From a virus, in the IMG/VR virus record IMGVR_UViG_3300045988_118131: 64,000 nt of DNA, one strand, 5' to 3'. The notes under the pieces are model-generated. The model did no database searches. It saw only the letters and a program-made list of their open reading frames with translations, and was not told the DNA's origin. Each line of letters begins with the position of its first letter. The first letter of the stretch is position 1. A program made the translations under genes and the position numbers. Shown here piece by piece: positions 22,752-36,260 of this stretch.

Positions 22752-25700
22752 TTGAACACTGATTTGTTTGTTTATTTGAATTTAATGCTTGTAATATGTA
22801 ATTAGTAAGTGCCTTTATTGGCAAATTCTTATTTACATTTTTATAATTAGGTTTTAAAGAATTCCTAATATCTACAGCTTCAATAACTTCCTGGTCTTTA
22901 AATATTTCTATTACACCTTTTATGGCGTCTAAATCAGCTGAATCTAAGTCATTGGATAAGTTAATTCCTACTCCTTCTGTATCTAGTACATTTTGAAGAG
23001 TTTCCATAAATTCATTTGATGATTGTACTACAGTCTCTAATTGTTCTACCTTTTCTAAAGTAGAACCATTTAAAGTGAAAAACTCATCAGTAAAATTAAA
23101 TTGAATTTCATTCCCGTTAACCAAAATTTGAACTGGGATGTTATTTCCTAATAATACTTTTAAGTTTTCTTTAATAGTATCATCTTCCAATATCTCAAAT
23201 GCCTTGGATTTCAATAATTCTATTGCATTATTGTTTCCAAGTTCTTCTGCCTCAATAGATTCATCTTTAATTCTTAACATAATAGCTTTTCCATCTACAG
23301 GAATAATCTCTCCATCTATAGATGCTACTATTCCTAGATTTTTATCTTTTCTGTTATTATAAAGCTCTTCTATTTTAGATTTTAAATTAGCTAAATCCAC
23401 TGTAGAATTATGCAAATTTAGCTTATCTAGGTAACTATTCAAAGTGTTTTCAGTAGTCTCTTCGGATATTTCTTCAGATGTTTCTACAGGAGTATTATTC
23501 CCAAATTGAATAGAGCTTAAATCTATATATGCGTTAGGGATCTCAATTAATGAGTTAAAATATAGATCGTCTGTTGTATTAGAGGATCTATAGAATCCAT
23601 TTTCACTCATATCTGAAAATATTCCATTAGCCCATATACCATCCTTATATTGTGCAGTATGATCAATGCCAATAGATGCAGCATTCATTAATTCTGGACT
23701 CTTGTTTACTATTTTAAACAAGCTATGTGTTAGCATAGTTCCTCCGATAAAATTGGCTGCATAACCTTTATTTATTAACCAGTCTATTAAATCTCCCGAT
23801 ATATTAGTGTACTCATTTACTCCTTCTGAAGTAGCTGGAGTAAGTGTACTAAGTATATTAGGATTATCTTCAGCTAGTTTAGTAAATGCGTCATATAATT
23901 TTAGAAAAGCTTCTAAATCAGAATACACTCCATCCACCATAGCTTTGTTAGCTTTATCTCCAAATATACTAGTTAGCTTTTCAGTTAATTTATCTCTATC
24001 TAGGTTCCTTATCTGTTCTACTATTTTGTTTTTGGGCAGATTATCTAATAGAGTTTTTGTGTCTTTTCTAAATGTGGAACGATCTAATCTTTCCCAATCT
24101 ACTTTAAAATTATTACTAAAGTGAGCAATTGCATCGGATCATTCTGATATTAAAGTGTCTATAGTTTTCTTAACAGACTGTAACTGGTCTGGAGAAACTA
24201 TACCATTATAATATTCTATATCATTATTTAGTGCAGTTGCATTTCCAGCATATAGATCTTTTAAAGCTGTTTCTATATTTTGATTCTCTGCTCTCGCTGT
24301 TAGGTATCTTTGGAATCTGATTAATTGTCTACGTAATAAAATAGGTTGTCTATATCCAGAAAATGACGTGAATTTTATAACTCTCTTCCCATTCTTACTA
24401 TTGTATAAAGTTCCCCATTTTTTCATATAGCTAGTAAAATCATATCCGTGCAAGCTTGCTCTTAAAGGGACTATATTGTTATTTTCTCCAGATATTCTCT
24501 TTTCAAACAAAGATTTAAACTCATCTGGATTTATAAACAAATCTCTAGAATACAGTACAAACGGATAACCCGCTTGAATATAATTGGCTTTTGTTTCTTT
24601 ATTAGCTACCCAGATTTTCCCAGAAATGTTAGCTCATGGATTATTCTTAGAGAATTTAGATATGGAATTATTATCAAAAGTAAACTTTCCCTCTTTTACT
24701 AAAGTTATCTTAGCTTTAGAAAATTGAATATTCATTTTAGATTTATCCAATTTGAAAGATTGATTAGTATTAGCTGTAATTAACTTAGTTCTTATATCTC
24801 TGTCTACCAATTTATTAGGATCAGTAATTACTCCTAGATCTATTTCCCAATCTCCAATCTTTCTAAATATTCTATATATGTAATCTGGAGCTTCTATATT
24901 AGAATTAACACCATTGTCCTCGGAAGCATATTCATCTGAATATTGAACCTTCTGTATAAAGAATTCGCTTTCTCGTATAGCTTCAATAGCTTCGGTTCTA
25001 GATGTTATACCAAATTTAGGGAACAAGGAAATAGCAGACGTTAGAAGTGAATTCTGGTATCTATCTGTATTTTCGTTGCTAAGGATTCTTTCTAAATCTT
25101 CCTGATTTCTAAAGATTAAATTCTTTAAAATATTAAACTTAGAGATAATATCCTTATCTCTATCTCATTTTCCTAAATTTCTATTAGATCCAGTATTAAA
25201 ATTGTACATAATATGACTCTGGAATACTGTAAAGGCTCCAGGATTATCTAATTCTTTAGACTCTTTTATGTCTTTTTCAGCAACTTGTTTTAATACTTCA
25301 GACCCAGGAGTAGATGATTTCAATCCCGGAGTCCCGATTTCAGGAGTAGGTTCAGGTTTAGATGGTTTAACACTAGTAGAACTATTTAATTCTAGTCCTT
25401 TATAAACACTGCTAATAAACTCTTTGTAGTCACTTACTTCTTTTGGATCAAAGGTACTGCTAGAGTAAGTTTTGTATCTTCTAGAGTTTCCAAGTAGTAT
25501 ATGACTATTAGAAATTAACATAGTTCCATCTTTAGATCTAGACATTAATGTGTATAAATCTCTTAAAGCATTAACTACTGTAGCAGGGGTATCTGCTTTA
25601 TTAACTTCTTTATAATCTATATCAACTATAGTATAATTGTATTCAGACCCTTGAACATCGTCTTTGTGTACTGTTATAAATTTACCAGGATACTTACTAG

Positions 25701-28700
25701 TTAATTCCGACATCTCAGAAGTAGGAGTATGAGCTTTGTCGTAAATATAAGCTATATTTTCTCCATTTGGCAATGATGTAATCATAGACTCCAATTCAGA
25801 TATAGTTGGAACAGAACTAACTGTTTGCTCTCCTCTAACTAATCCATTAGACTCTGAAAATTTAAAGAATCCATCCTTTTTTATTAAATCTAAAGTTGAA
25901 GCTGTATTAGATATACCAGCCTGTCCAGTTTTATACAGTTCATTTTGTCTCTGTAAAGAATCTATAATAGAAGCTAGAGAATTAAGATTGTCCTTCTTGT
26001 GATTGTTATTAGCTCTAATACTAACATCTAAAGATGGTGTTGAAAATGCTGTTAAAGACCCTCCACTCCCCATTATTCCATTAAACCCGTTCTGTTTAGG
26101 ATCTCCTAAATTTAAAATATATAAATTAGGGATACCCCCCAATATCATGAGTTCAAAATTAGATAAATGTGTGTACTCATCTATTATTAAGACTTCTCTA
26201 TTAGGAGATAATTTATTTTTATCTAATTTTTCTAATATCTCATTTTTCTTTTTTATAATATTATCAACTTCAACTTTTGAATCCCCAAGTAAAGACTCTT
26301 TGAATGATTTAATTTCATTTATGACGTCCTGACTAAACCATTTGGAGTACAGTTCATACCCACTAAATACTTCTTCAGATTCAATAGTTTTATGTAGCTC
26401 ATTAGCTCTATCCTGTTTTAATGCATAAGACGAGAATTTAATATTAGGATCTTGAAGAGTAATTATGTTTTTAAATAATTTAGCTACAACTTTAGTTTTC
26501 CCACTGCCCGCTGACCCAGATACTAGAGTTTGATTTCTTAAATATATTTCTCTACTTTTATCTGGAAATCTAGTTACAACATCTCCTAAATATTCATTTA
26601 CTGTGTTAGCTCCAAAAAACGCTGATACAGCTTCTTTTACTACTAACATTTGCGGATATAAAGGAACAATATCTTTAAAGCTATCGTCACTTATAGATTG
26701 AATATAGTTATTTCTAAAATCGTTAGGATCATATACTAAAGTAGACAATACATAGGCTACTACAGATTCATTATCAATGGAAGCTATGTCAAAATCTCTG
26801 TTTAGTTTAGCTGGAAGACTTCCATATGGATTTAATTTAGACAACTCTTGAACAAGCTCAGATTTCTGACTATCACTTAAATTTTGAAATTTATTGTAAT
26901 AATAAGTCTCCATTCTGAGAAGTTCCTTTTCTAAGCTAGTAACCTCATTAACACTTAACTCTTGTCCAAGTGAGGCTTTTACAGTAGCTTCTAACGCTTC
27001 TGGTTCAATATCCTCTAAATCAAAAAACTTATTACCATCTAATAGGATTGATTGAAGCCCTTTATGGGTTGAGAAAATTCTAATCCAGTTTGCAACAATT
27101 TTAGTGTGAATAATTTTATTTTCTTTTATTTTTCCATTCCTGTTTATTGCAGAAATTTCTTTCATTATATTAGCTGCATTAGCTATTTCTCCTAACTGAT
27201 TCTTAATTTGTTCAGCTCCGTCTACTGATAGAGTTTGCAATTCTTCCAATCCTTTATTTCTTCTATATCCATTTACAACAGTAATAAAATCGAATAAATT
27301 AGGATTAGATGTTCCCCTCTTATACTCTGTGCTGTAAGTTAATATAGAGGCTAACAAATTAACACTATTAATTAAAATATCAAGTCTGGACTCAGCAGAA
27401 GGATCACTTATTATAAAGTCTACTAGGCTTTTACTTGAAGTTAGAGAATTTAATAACTGTTTATATAGTTCTGTTATATCTTCCCCGTAAACAGCACTGG
27501 AAATTTTTCCTAGTAATTGAGAACTTATATCCTTTACATTACTAGAATCTAGTAGTTTATTAGCCTGTTCTATTAAGCTAACTGCAGTAGCATCTGGAAT
27601 ACTGATTTTTCTAAGTTGTTCTATTAAACTATTTTTACTATTATTATAGTCTAACAGTGATTGTACAGAAGTATCTACTGATAACAAATCTCGTAATAAG
27701 TTAGTTACTGTAGTATTGTTTAGTACTACTGTATATTCTTCTCCCAGGTTATTTGTTAATGTAGCTTCATAATTTTGTTCATCCAACTTTTTTAATTCTA
27801 TGCCATTAGGAGTTCTATCTCCTCCTAATTCTTGCATCTCAACCATTGTCTCTTCATCAACTTCTAGCTTTTCTACAATAGGTTTAATGGTACTTAGTAT
27901 AGAACTAGCGTCCTCAAATTCGTAAGACAATGATTCTCCAGAATTTACAAAGTTTTTTACAATAGTTTCAGTAGAGAAGTCTTTTATGTTCAGCTTATCA
28001 ATTATAAGTTTTACTTTGTTAGCTGTTTCAGCATCTATATAACCATACTTATTTTTTATTTCCCCTAATACATTTATTACTTGTCCAAGTCTTTGGGTGT
28101 CTCCAAAGAATTTAGGGTCTAATCCTAGCTGGAAATACTTTATAAAAGCATCACTACTCTTGGAGTTCCATTCATTTTCTATTTCTTTATTGAAATAGTC
28201 ATCTACTAGAGACTCTTTTTGCTCTTCTGTAAGAGCATCTTGTTTCTGATTTAAACCATATAAAGAGATTATCTCATCATTACTTCTTCCGTTTCTCTTT
28301 TCTTTCTTTAAATCGTCTATTTCCTTTTGAGTAGGAGGCTCCAATCCATCTATTTTACTGTCAATAAATAACTTGTGAAGAGATTCCTGTAAATCCTTTA
28401 AGTAGTTAACATCTAACTCTTTTACATTCATGATATCTCCCTGAACTAGATCTCTAGATCTTTTAAATACTTCATAAGCTAAATTTTCTACATTTGAATT
28501 ATTTTTAGTAAACTCTTGATAAGATTCTTCTATTTCTTTTCTTGTATTTTCGTCAGCTTCTGAATAGTCTTTATTTATTGATCTAGCGTACATATATATG
28601 TCAGGAGTATAAAGAGAAGCTCCTAATGATCTACTTAATTTAAAGACGGTCTTATCTAGAAAATCATCAGCATACAGACCTTCTCTCAAATCTTTGATTT

Positions 28701-31101
28701 TTTGTCTTATGTCGTCGGCAGTTTTTTTAGCTTCGGCTAATTCACTACTATTTGCTTTTTGATCATCTCTTATAGAGTAATAAAGCTCCTTGTATCTCAA
28801 ATTAGCATTAGCTAACTGTACTAAAAGATTATTAAAAGTATTTATTACTTCTGAGCCCAACCCATTCTCTCTAAGTGCAGCTACTCTTATATCTTTATTC
28901 ATAGCTTCATTTATAAGGTCTGAGTCAGAAATGCTTAATCCCTCTTCATGGATAAGGGTATCCCAATATTCTACATACTGTTTAAGATAATCAAATAGAA
29001 TAGCATTTTGACTATCAGAATAGTCCATAGCAGGCTGGAAATTATCATTACCTAACGAGTTTAAAGATAGTCCAGTAGGAAACATACCTTTCTTCTCATA
29101 TTTGTCTAATTCTTTTAAAATTGGTTCTTTCCCATACTTTCTAACTAAATCCACAAAGTCTAATACATCAGATTTGTTAGACTTAGCTAGTTCAGCTTTA
29201 TGTCGTTGATATGCTTTCCAGTTTTGAGCTATATCTAAAGCTCTATTTACAGGACCTCCAATAGCACCTCCGACAAATGCAGACAAATATCTTTCTAATG
29301 GATTACTATCCAAGTAATTCCAAGACCCCTTATTAGTCTGGTCTATTCCTAATTGCTTAAGTGACCATGCTATAGAAGACGATCCCTGCATAATAATATC
29401 CTGAAGCACTTCTTCACTTACTTCTTCAGCCCCTTCTTTTAGAGCGCTTTCCATAAATTCAGAACTCTCCATTAGTTTTTGAACTCTATTGGATATTTTG
29501 TCAGCCGTTTGTCTAATCCAAGCTAATTTTCCAGTCTGAGTTTTAGCTGCATCAAAAGAAGCTTGACCCTCATTAGCTAATTGCTTTAGGTTTTTCTTAA
29601 CTGCTTTACTTACTTCATCTAGACCTAATCCCTTTAAAGCCACATCTCCAAGTTCAGAATCCATTATCTTTTTGAATCCTAATAACGCAGCTAGTGTAGC
29701 TGCAGCAGTATAAGGCGAACTAAAATCATTCTCCTTCATACTATCTACTATATCAGAAGATTGAGTTAAAGCCATATACCAAGAAGAAGAAGATCTAGCG
29801 AACTTATCAGCAGCCTTTCTCGCATCTAGCATCTTCTTTATCTGAGGCATGGTAAGAAAATCATCAGCAACATCCCCATCAATAAATGCTTGCTGTAAAG
29901 ATTTTCCGTATTTCTTTAAGTATGTATCTCCATATTCAGATATAAGTTTCTTTTGAAGGTTCATACCTGTACGATCGTATCCTAGAATCCTCATAAAATT
30001 TATAGCCCCTTTAGCTACAGCTCTTTGCTGTGCTCCTTGTGTAGCTACATCGCCTACCATCCCAACTAGATTTTCAAAATTCCAAAAAGACTCTTGTCCC
30101 TTTTGGCTTATAGATCGTTGGGTTACAAAAGACTTAGTATAAGCCTCTGTGTTATTTAAAAGTTTCCATAAATCGTTATCTTTGTAATTTTTATCTAGAG
30201 TTTCGATTCCGACTTTGGAAATAGAGGATAGTGCATCCGCCGCATTAGCAGCAATAAGTCCGTATGCATATACTTCCCCTACATAAGGAATAAATAATGG
30301 GGCTATGGTTGCAACCATTTTAGCTACAGAGCCGGCAACAGATTTATCAATTCCATCACTATCAAAAAAGTCAAATTTATTAGCTTGAGACCCGTCTATT
30401 GTCAAAGTGTCAGTTATACTAACTAATTCTTTTCCAGAAACATCTTCTCCCTCTCCAAGTTCTTGAACAAATGGCATCCCTTCTTCATCTAACTTATATT
30501 CTCCTTTTAAATGGTAAACCTCATTTCCATTGGCGTCAAGATGCGTTCCATCCTCATCCCATTTAGCGTAATATAATGGTTTATTTTTGAAAAAGCTGAG
30601 CCCTCTTCTATTATCGTCATTCGGGCGCCAATCAAGTTTATTTCCATCAGCATCTCTCGCGAAATTATCTTGAGCTGCCTCTTTCATTGACCGTCTAGCT
30701 TCACCTTGACCATATAAAGAGGATATTCCAGATGTTCTTAATTCTGGATTTGCAACTTTAGTAATTCCAAAAACAGGCAGTTTTCCTTGTCCTTTTCCTT
30801 CAATACTAAATAGACTCCAATCGTTTTCTCTAACATTTTTATTGTTTAGATCATTATTAACAAATTTGTTGTACGTCCTAACTGCGCTATCATAGTATTG
30901 ATCAAATGCCTCCTGGTCAAAATTACCTTCAGCATCGGAAAATTTCTGTTTTATCTGATCTATATTTTGATAATAGTCTTTATTATACATTACAGTGTTA
31001 CTAGAATTTAAACCTGCTGCTATAAAGTTTTCAGTTCCTTTATCTGGGTTTAAAAATAGTGTTGCTAACCAATCATTTTTTTGTTCCATTTTTGTTACCA
31101 A
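22744..31101 (-). CDS. giant virion-associated protein with SF1 helicase-like P-loop domain (about 2785 aa with TGA as sense)
   Basis: ORFs 25165..31101, 24634..25026, 24139..24540 and 22744..23940 are all in one frame, separated only by TGA at 25165, 24634 and 24139. Walker A GSAGSGKT (about 26494-26520), Walker B VLIIDEY, and DVQGSEYNYTIV. The start is probably the ATG at 31087-31089. Confidence 0.65.
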
Positions 31102-32981
31102 TTAGTTCTTATAGATTCATTATTGGATGATTTTACTCCGAACACTCTCGATGGTGTTCTATCCTTTTTATTAACAAATACTTGCCCATTAGATAGTAAC
31201 GTTTCACTAACTGCAGATGGAGAATATGGTATAAATACTGCAGTTTTATACATATTTACATTACCTATATTTTGTCCAAATAACCTAGAATTAATAGGTC
31301 CAGAAGTAAAGTCAATTTCTCCTAAATTGTGTTTTTCTCTATCAGCATTAATTCCCTGTTCTATCTTTCTGGTTTCATCAACATCATTTATTATGTCTGC
31401 AGCTCCATTACTGTCAATGAAGTTGTTATCTGAAGCATATCCACTAAATATTAAGAACGGAGCTATTTTATCACTATTATATAGAGCTTGAGTAGATTGT
31501 TCTGATGGTTGAATTACTGTGTCAATATAGTCTCCCAATCCTTCACTCTCCAAGGCATCTATAATTTCTGTATTAGAAGCTCCTTTATCTAGTTTCTTCA
31601 TAGTTTCTTCTATTCGGCTGGTAACTCCAAGATCTACTACTCTTCTTCCGTTGCCGTCTACTTTAGATGGTAGTAAAGCGTATACAGCTCCCTGAGTTGT
31701 ATCAATTCCTATGTTGCCAAAATCTGTAGGCTTAGCTACTTGAGTTCCTACTGATACTCCAGCCTTATCCAGCATAGTAGATAACTTAGTATCAGTAAAT
31801 AAAGTATTAAGAGTAGTAATAGGAGATAAAGGCTCCCCTTTAAAATCGGGGAAATTATTATAATATGAAGCCCCCTTAACACTAAACTGATATGTAGAAC
31901 CTGGATTAAACGTATAATTTACTTTAGATTCTGGAGATAGAGCTTGTCCTGTTGACATCCAGTCATATACCTCTGTTTCAACAGTCCCTTTACCTTCACT
32001 ATCAGATTCCTTGTTAAGAGATGCTGGCAAACTTAATTTACGTTTCTTTGTAACTGTAGTTTTAGCATTAGCATAATCCTGAATAAGATTAAAAACTCCC
32101 TCTACAGGATCTTGACCAGATGCAGCTGCCTTAGCAGCTAAAAACTTTTTATAGTTATCCGGAAGAGATTTATACAAATAATTTTTTGCAGCTTCTAATT
32201 GAGCTAAGTTAGTTTCATCTGTTATATTTTCTTCTACAACTCCTTGTTGTAGCAATTCTAATCCCTTTTTTACGTTTCCTAATTCTGAACCTGGTATAAA
32301 CTGGTTATATTCACTTGAAGTTTTACCAGCTTCGTTTATAACAGTTCTTATATATTCGTCAATCTCCTTACTTCCAACAGCATTTTCTAGTATATTAAAT
32401 ATATTAGTGTCGTAAGCTAAGTTAGAATTATTCATCCTAAGATTAGCTAATTCAGCATTAGTCAGTGGTGCGTATCTATCAGAGTTTTCAGCTAATTCTG
32501 TTGGACTTATTTGTTTTATTCCTCCAGCCTCATTGTCGAATGTTATGACCTTACCAAATGAAGTTACTGCAACTTCATCTAAAGCTCCTGACGTTCTAGC
32601 TGCATCCACTGCTTTATCAAACATAGCTTTTCCGTTTTGTATTTGATTAATCCTAGATATTAAGGTTAATTGTTTTCTAGCTATATCAGAACTATTTAGT
32701 GAGGATCCAAAAGGATTAGCTTCTAAAGGATTTGAGTACATAGAATTAACTTCTGATACAAATCTATTTACATCGCTAGTTAATCCCTTGCCCATCAAAG
32801 CCTTTATCATATCATCTGACAATATACCCCCCGGTTGTTCTCCAGTGGGCACTCCAGTTTTACCACTTCCGGCTGTTTGAGCTGTTTGTGGTATATAAGG
32901 AGTATAGTCTAAAAATCCATATGCTTGAGCAGAGGAGCCTAACGCTCCTCCCTCTTGCATTTTTCTAATATTTAATTTCAT
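31095..32981 (-). CDS. hypothetical virion protein (628 aa)
   Basis: ATG ORF overlapping the upstream TAA. The N-terminus MKLNIRKMQEGG shares a motif with neighbouring genes. No in-frame TGA. Confidence 0.65.
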   Translation of the reverse strand: MKLNIRKMQEGGALGSSAQAYGFLDYTPYIPQTAQTAGSGKTGVPTGEQPGGILSDDMIKALMGKGLTSDVNRFVSEVNSMYSNPLEANPFGSSLNSSDIARKQLTLISRINQIQNGKAMFDKAVDAARTSGALDEVAVTSFGKVITFDNEAGGIKQISPTELAENSDRYAPLTNAELANLRMNNSNLAYDTNIFNILENAVGSKEIDEYIRTVINEAGKTSSEYNQFIPGSELGNVKKGLELLQQGVVEENITDETNLAQLEAAKNYLYKSLPDNYKKFLAAKAAASGQDPVEGVFNLIQDYANAKTTVTKKRKLSLPASLNKESDSEGKGTVETEVYDWMSTGQALSPESKVNYTFNPGSTYQFSVKGASYYNNFPDFKGEPLSPITTLNTLFTDTKLSTMLDKAGVSVGTQVAKPTDFGNIGIDTTQGAVYALLPSKVDGNGRRVVDLGVTSRIEETMKKLDKGASNTEIIDALESEGLGDYIDTVIQPSEQSTQALYNSDKIAPFLIFSGYASDNNFIDSNGAADIINDVDETRKIEQGINADREKHNLGEIDFTSGPINSRLFGQNIGNVNMYKTAVFIPYSPSAVSETLLSNGQVFVNKKDRTPSRVFGVKSSNNESIRTNW

Positions 32982-35776
32982 TACAGTTTTAAACTATTCT
33001 TAATTAGTGATGCAGAATAATTAGAAATTCCTCTTATAGTTTTATTACCCTCTGTTATAGACAGCCTTAGTAATTTATTAAACTCTTTCTTGTCCTGAAG
33101 TAATTTCTTATTATATTCTCTTATATTCTGTAGTGCTACCCTCTCTCCAAAGCTTAGAGAACCGCCCTTCTTAAGAAATACAGAAGGTTTTCGTCTTCTA
33201 GCCATAATATCCTCATAGCCGCGATTTGTTATTTCTCTGGCTTTCTCGGTCATAGCTCTTCTTATTCTAAGTTGCTCCTCTGGAGTTTTAGCATTTGCTA
33301 GTTGGATTTCATATGGAGATAGCTCATTATTATATATTTGGCTCCATTTATTTCTAGTCGTTTCTAAATCTAGATTTCTATTCCACTCATTAATCCCTTC
33401 CAGCCTTTGCTGTTTACCGAATAGCCAATTAGCCAAATTTTGACCTCTCTTAAGACCTTTAGCTCTTTCAAAAGCAGCTTTAGCCTCTTGAGCAGATGCC
33501 ATTCTAAGTTTATTTTGATTGGCGTTTTGGATTCTAGATAGCGTATTGGTATTTTGAACTTCTTGTGCCCTCTGGGAAGTTGTATTATAGGTATCCAAAT
33601 TGGCTAATCTCCCTCTTTCTTCCTGACCTACTGCAGCGGATTCAGCCTCTAGTTGTTGTGCAAAGTTTCTAACTGAATCACTTGTAGCAGCTCTAGCTCC
33701 AAGTCTTCTAAACTTATTAGCTGCATTTTGATAAAACATCTCCATAGGGAGATTATATTGAACCTTAGAATATAGTGTGGGAGCGTCAGTTAGAGCAATT
33801 TGTGGGTTATACTTTTGTCTATTATTGAACCATTGAGTGAGTCCAAATCTTAAATCGCCTATATTTTCTGAAGATAGTCTTATGTTAGGAAGTTTAGATG
33901 GATTTATTTCATTTCCAGAAATATCTTTAATTTTCGAAAACGTTTCAGAAGTTGAACCATTTAAAGAAGAATTATCCAAATTTGGCTGAATGTTCTCTTT
34001 AGATGGTTGCTGAGCCATTGGTCTTATTCTCCATCCTCCATGAGTTGCTTTATAAAACTTCAACCCATTTTTATTAAGCTCTGTATTGTATAGTTGAGCT
34101 ATTTCATCAGATATTCCTCTACCTAAAGTTCTTTGTATAGTCATATTTCCGAATCTTCCATCTTCTCCCAGGTTTGGTCTATCTCCGCTATTTCCAACTC
34201 CAGTAAATCCTTTGAATATGGGATTATTAAGACCTCTAGAGTTTCATACAAATTGCATTCTTTTAGTTTTGGGATCGAACTTTATATTGCTTAGAGATTG
34301 TGTTCCCCAGTTATTCAAACTTCCTTCTCCATAAGTGCTTGTATAATTATTATCGTAGAGATCTTCATACCCATTAAACTGCGTATAATTATCTCTATTT
34401 AGACTTCTAAGATAATTTAGTGTTTCTTCTGATTTCAACAAGTCTCTATCTCTATTATAAGAAGAATTCATAGAAGTATTTCTAATACTTTTAGCGGCTG
34501 GATTATATAAAGCTGCTCCACTCTGAGCTTTCACAATTCCTCCATTTTTATAATAATAACTAGGCTTTTCTTGTTTTTTAATAAAAAAGTCTATAAACAA
34601 GTCCTTTATCTTATTAGCTACAGCATTAGTTGCTTCAATTCTCTTATCCTGAAGACTACCCTTTTCTATTATAGGTTGTCCTGGAATTACTCAATTACCT
34701 ATTTTAAGAGGCGGTCTGATTTGAATGTTTTTGTGATTTGGAGTTCAAGGTTCAGATATTCCAGATACTGAAGATTCTCTAAATAAGTCTCTAATAGTGG
34801 CTTTAGTTTCTTCTTTTTTAGCTGCTTCCTCAGCTTGTTTACGTTCTAATTCCTCCATTTTGGCTAAATGTTCTGGAGAATCTTCTTCTGCTATACGTTC
34901 AGATTCTGTCATTTCTCCTAATTCATCCTCCAATTGTTGAGTTTTAATACGAGCCTGCTCTTCAGCTGCTTGTCTTTGCTCTGGTGTCATTCTAGAATAA
35001 TCGTAATCAGCTTTGTTCATAAATAATGAATATAAGTCAGCTTCTCCAACATTGTACAAAGATTGTTTTAAAGAATCTAAGTTCTTAGATTTCAAAGCCG
35101 CCTCAACTTCAGCAAGAGCATTTAAGTATTCATTTTTATCTTTAAATGAAGTTGATGAAAAATCATAATCTCCAGTTAGAGATTCTCTATAATTGTTTAA
35201 AGCATTTAAAGCAGTATCTCATTTATTTTCATTTGCATACCAAATTTCTTTTTCTGCATCTGATTCATTATTATCTTTAAATATATTTTTTCTAAGTTGT
35301 TTTCCATATCCGTAAGTAAAAGATTGCTTTGCAGTATTAGGAATATCTTCTTGACTACTGTTATGTGGAGATAATGAATTAAATACATTATTAAAATATG
35401 CTAAAGCTATTCTCTTCTTGTCTCCTCTTATTTTTCCAAATAAGCCTCTTCTAGCTGGATTACTATCTGTGATAAGTGACTCATCCGAAACAGCATATGT
35501 TCCGTCTACATTTCTTCTAATTTTTCCTTCTTTAAATCCCTGTAAATAAGAGTTCAAGTATCCTCGTATTTCTTCTGCATCCTTACCCTCTATGCCTTGT
35601 TTTTGTAGGTAAGAATCAAAGTTATTATTCATAACTGCATTTTCAAAATCAGAGTATTTATATTGATTAGAACCCCAAATTACTGGATTTTCTTTAAGTT
35701 TATTAGAATCAACCTTATCACCGTTAGCTAATTTTAATATTGCTTGTGACATTTTTATATAACAAAAAGGGAACAT
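32981..35776 (-). CDS. large hypothetical virion protein (about 931 aa with TGA as sense)
   Basis: ORFs 35219..35776, 34745..35095, 34244..34600 and 32981..34144 share a frame, joined through TGA at 35219, 34745, 34691 and 34244. An alternative ATG lies at 35750-35752. Confidence 0.6.
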
Positions 35777-35815
35777 ACAGATTACCTTCTATATGCTCCC
35801 TATTAAATTTTAGGA

Positions 35816-36139
35816 CTAGTTTTTAATTCTACCAACAAATTTTCCGCCTTTTCTATAGACTGGTTCCCCCTGTGGAGCAGTTTCAGGTCCACCAGCTTCT
35901 CCAGCCATCTGTTGAACTAACTGTAGGAAACCTTGACACACTTCTAATGCCATTTGTCCGTCATTATTCTGTAATGCTTGAGCAGCCATTTGTGCTAACA
36001 TTAGTAGAGCATCATCTTCTCCTTGAGGTGTGTTTCCGCCTTCAGCCGTATTTCCAGCAGGAGCTGCACTAGTATCGTTTGTTTGTGCTCCCATCGGTCC
36101 ACCTTCCTGTAAAAATTGTACATTTGTTTTAATTTTCAT
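35816..36139 (-). CDS. small Gly/Ala/Gln-rich protein (107 aa)
   Basis: ATG ORF with a TAG stop. The N-terminus is MKIKTNVQFLQEGG. A promoter-like box lies upstream. Confidence 0.55.
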   Translation of the reverse strand: MKIKTNVQFLQEGGPMGAQTNDTSAAPAGNTAEGGNTPQGEDDALLMLAQMAAQALQNNDGQMALEVCQGFLQLVQQMAGEAGGPETAPQGEPVYRKGGKFVGRIKN

Positions 36140-36183
36140 ATACTTAACAATTAATTAATTATTTAGTTTCATCTAGTAAATAT

Positions 36184-36191
36184 GCAAATTT
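36184..36191 (-). promoter_or_regulatory. candidate Bacteroidota-type -7 box TAAATTTG
   Basis: Matches TAnnTTTG on the minus strand, 45 nt upstream of the ATG at 36139. No clear -33 TTTG. Confidence 0.4.
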
Positions 36192-36260
36192 ACAACAATA
36201 GTTGCATATTTAAAAATATTTTTATAATTTTAAAGGAAATCAATTTTATATAGACTATTA

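Noticed and set aside
4971-31491. Many plus-strand track ORFs of 60-136 aa (for example 6594..6920, 14263..14637, 17911..18210, 26003..26332, 31081..31491)
   Set aside because: They lie antisense to long coherent minus-strand genes. They are Ser/Leu/Phe/Ile-rich and low-complexity and have no motifs. These are typical shadow ORFs in AT-rich DNA.
34271-34281. T-arm-like GGGATCGAACT (GTTCGATCC on the minus strand) as a possible tRNA
   Set aside because: It lies inside a coherent reading frame (KFDPKTK). No acceptor or anticodon stems can be drawn around it. I recognised no tRNA, including an opal suppressor, anywhere in the window.
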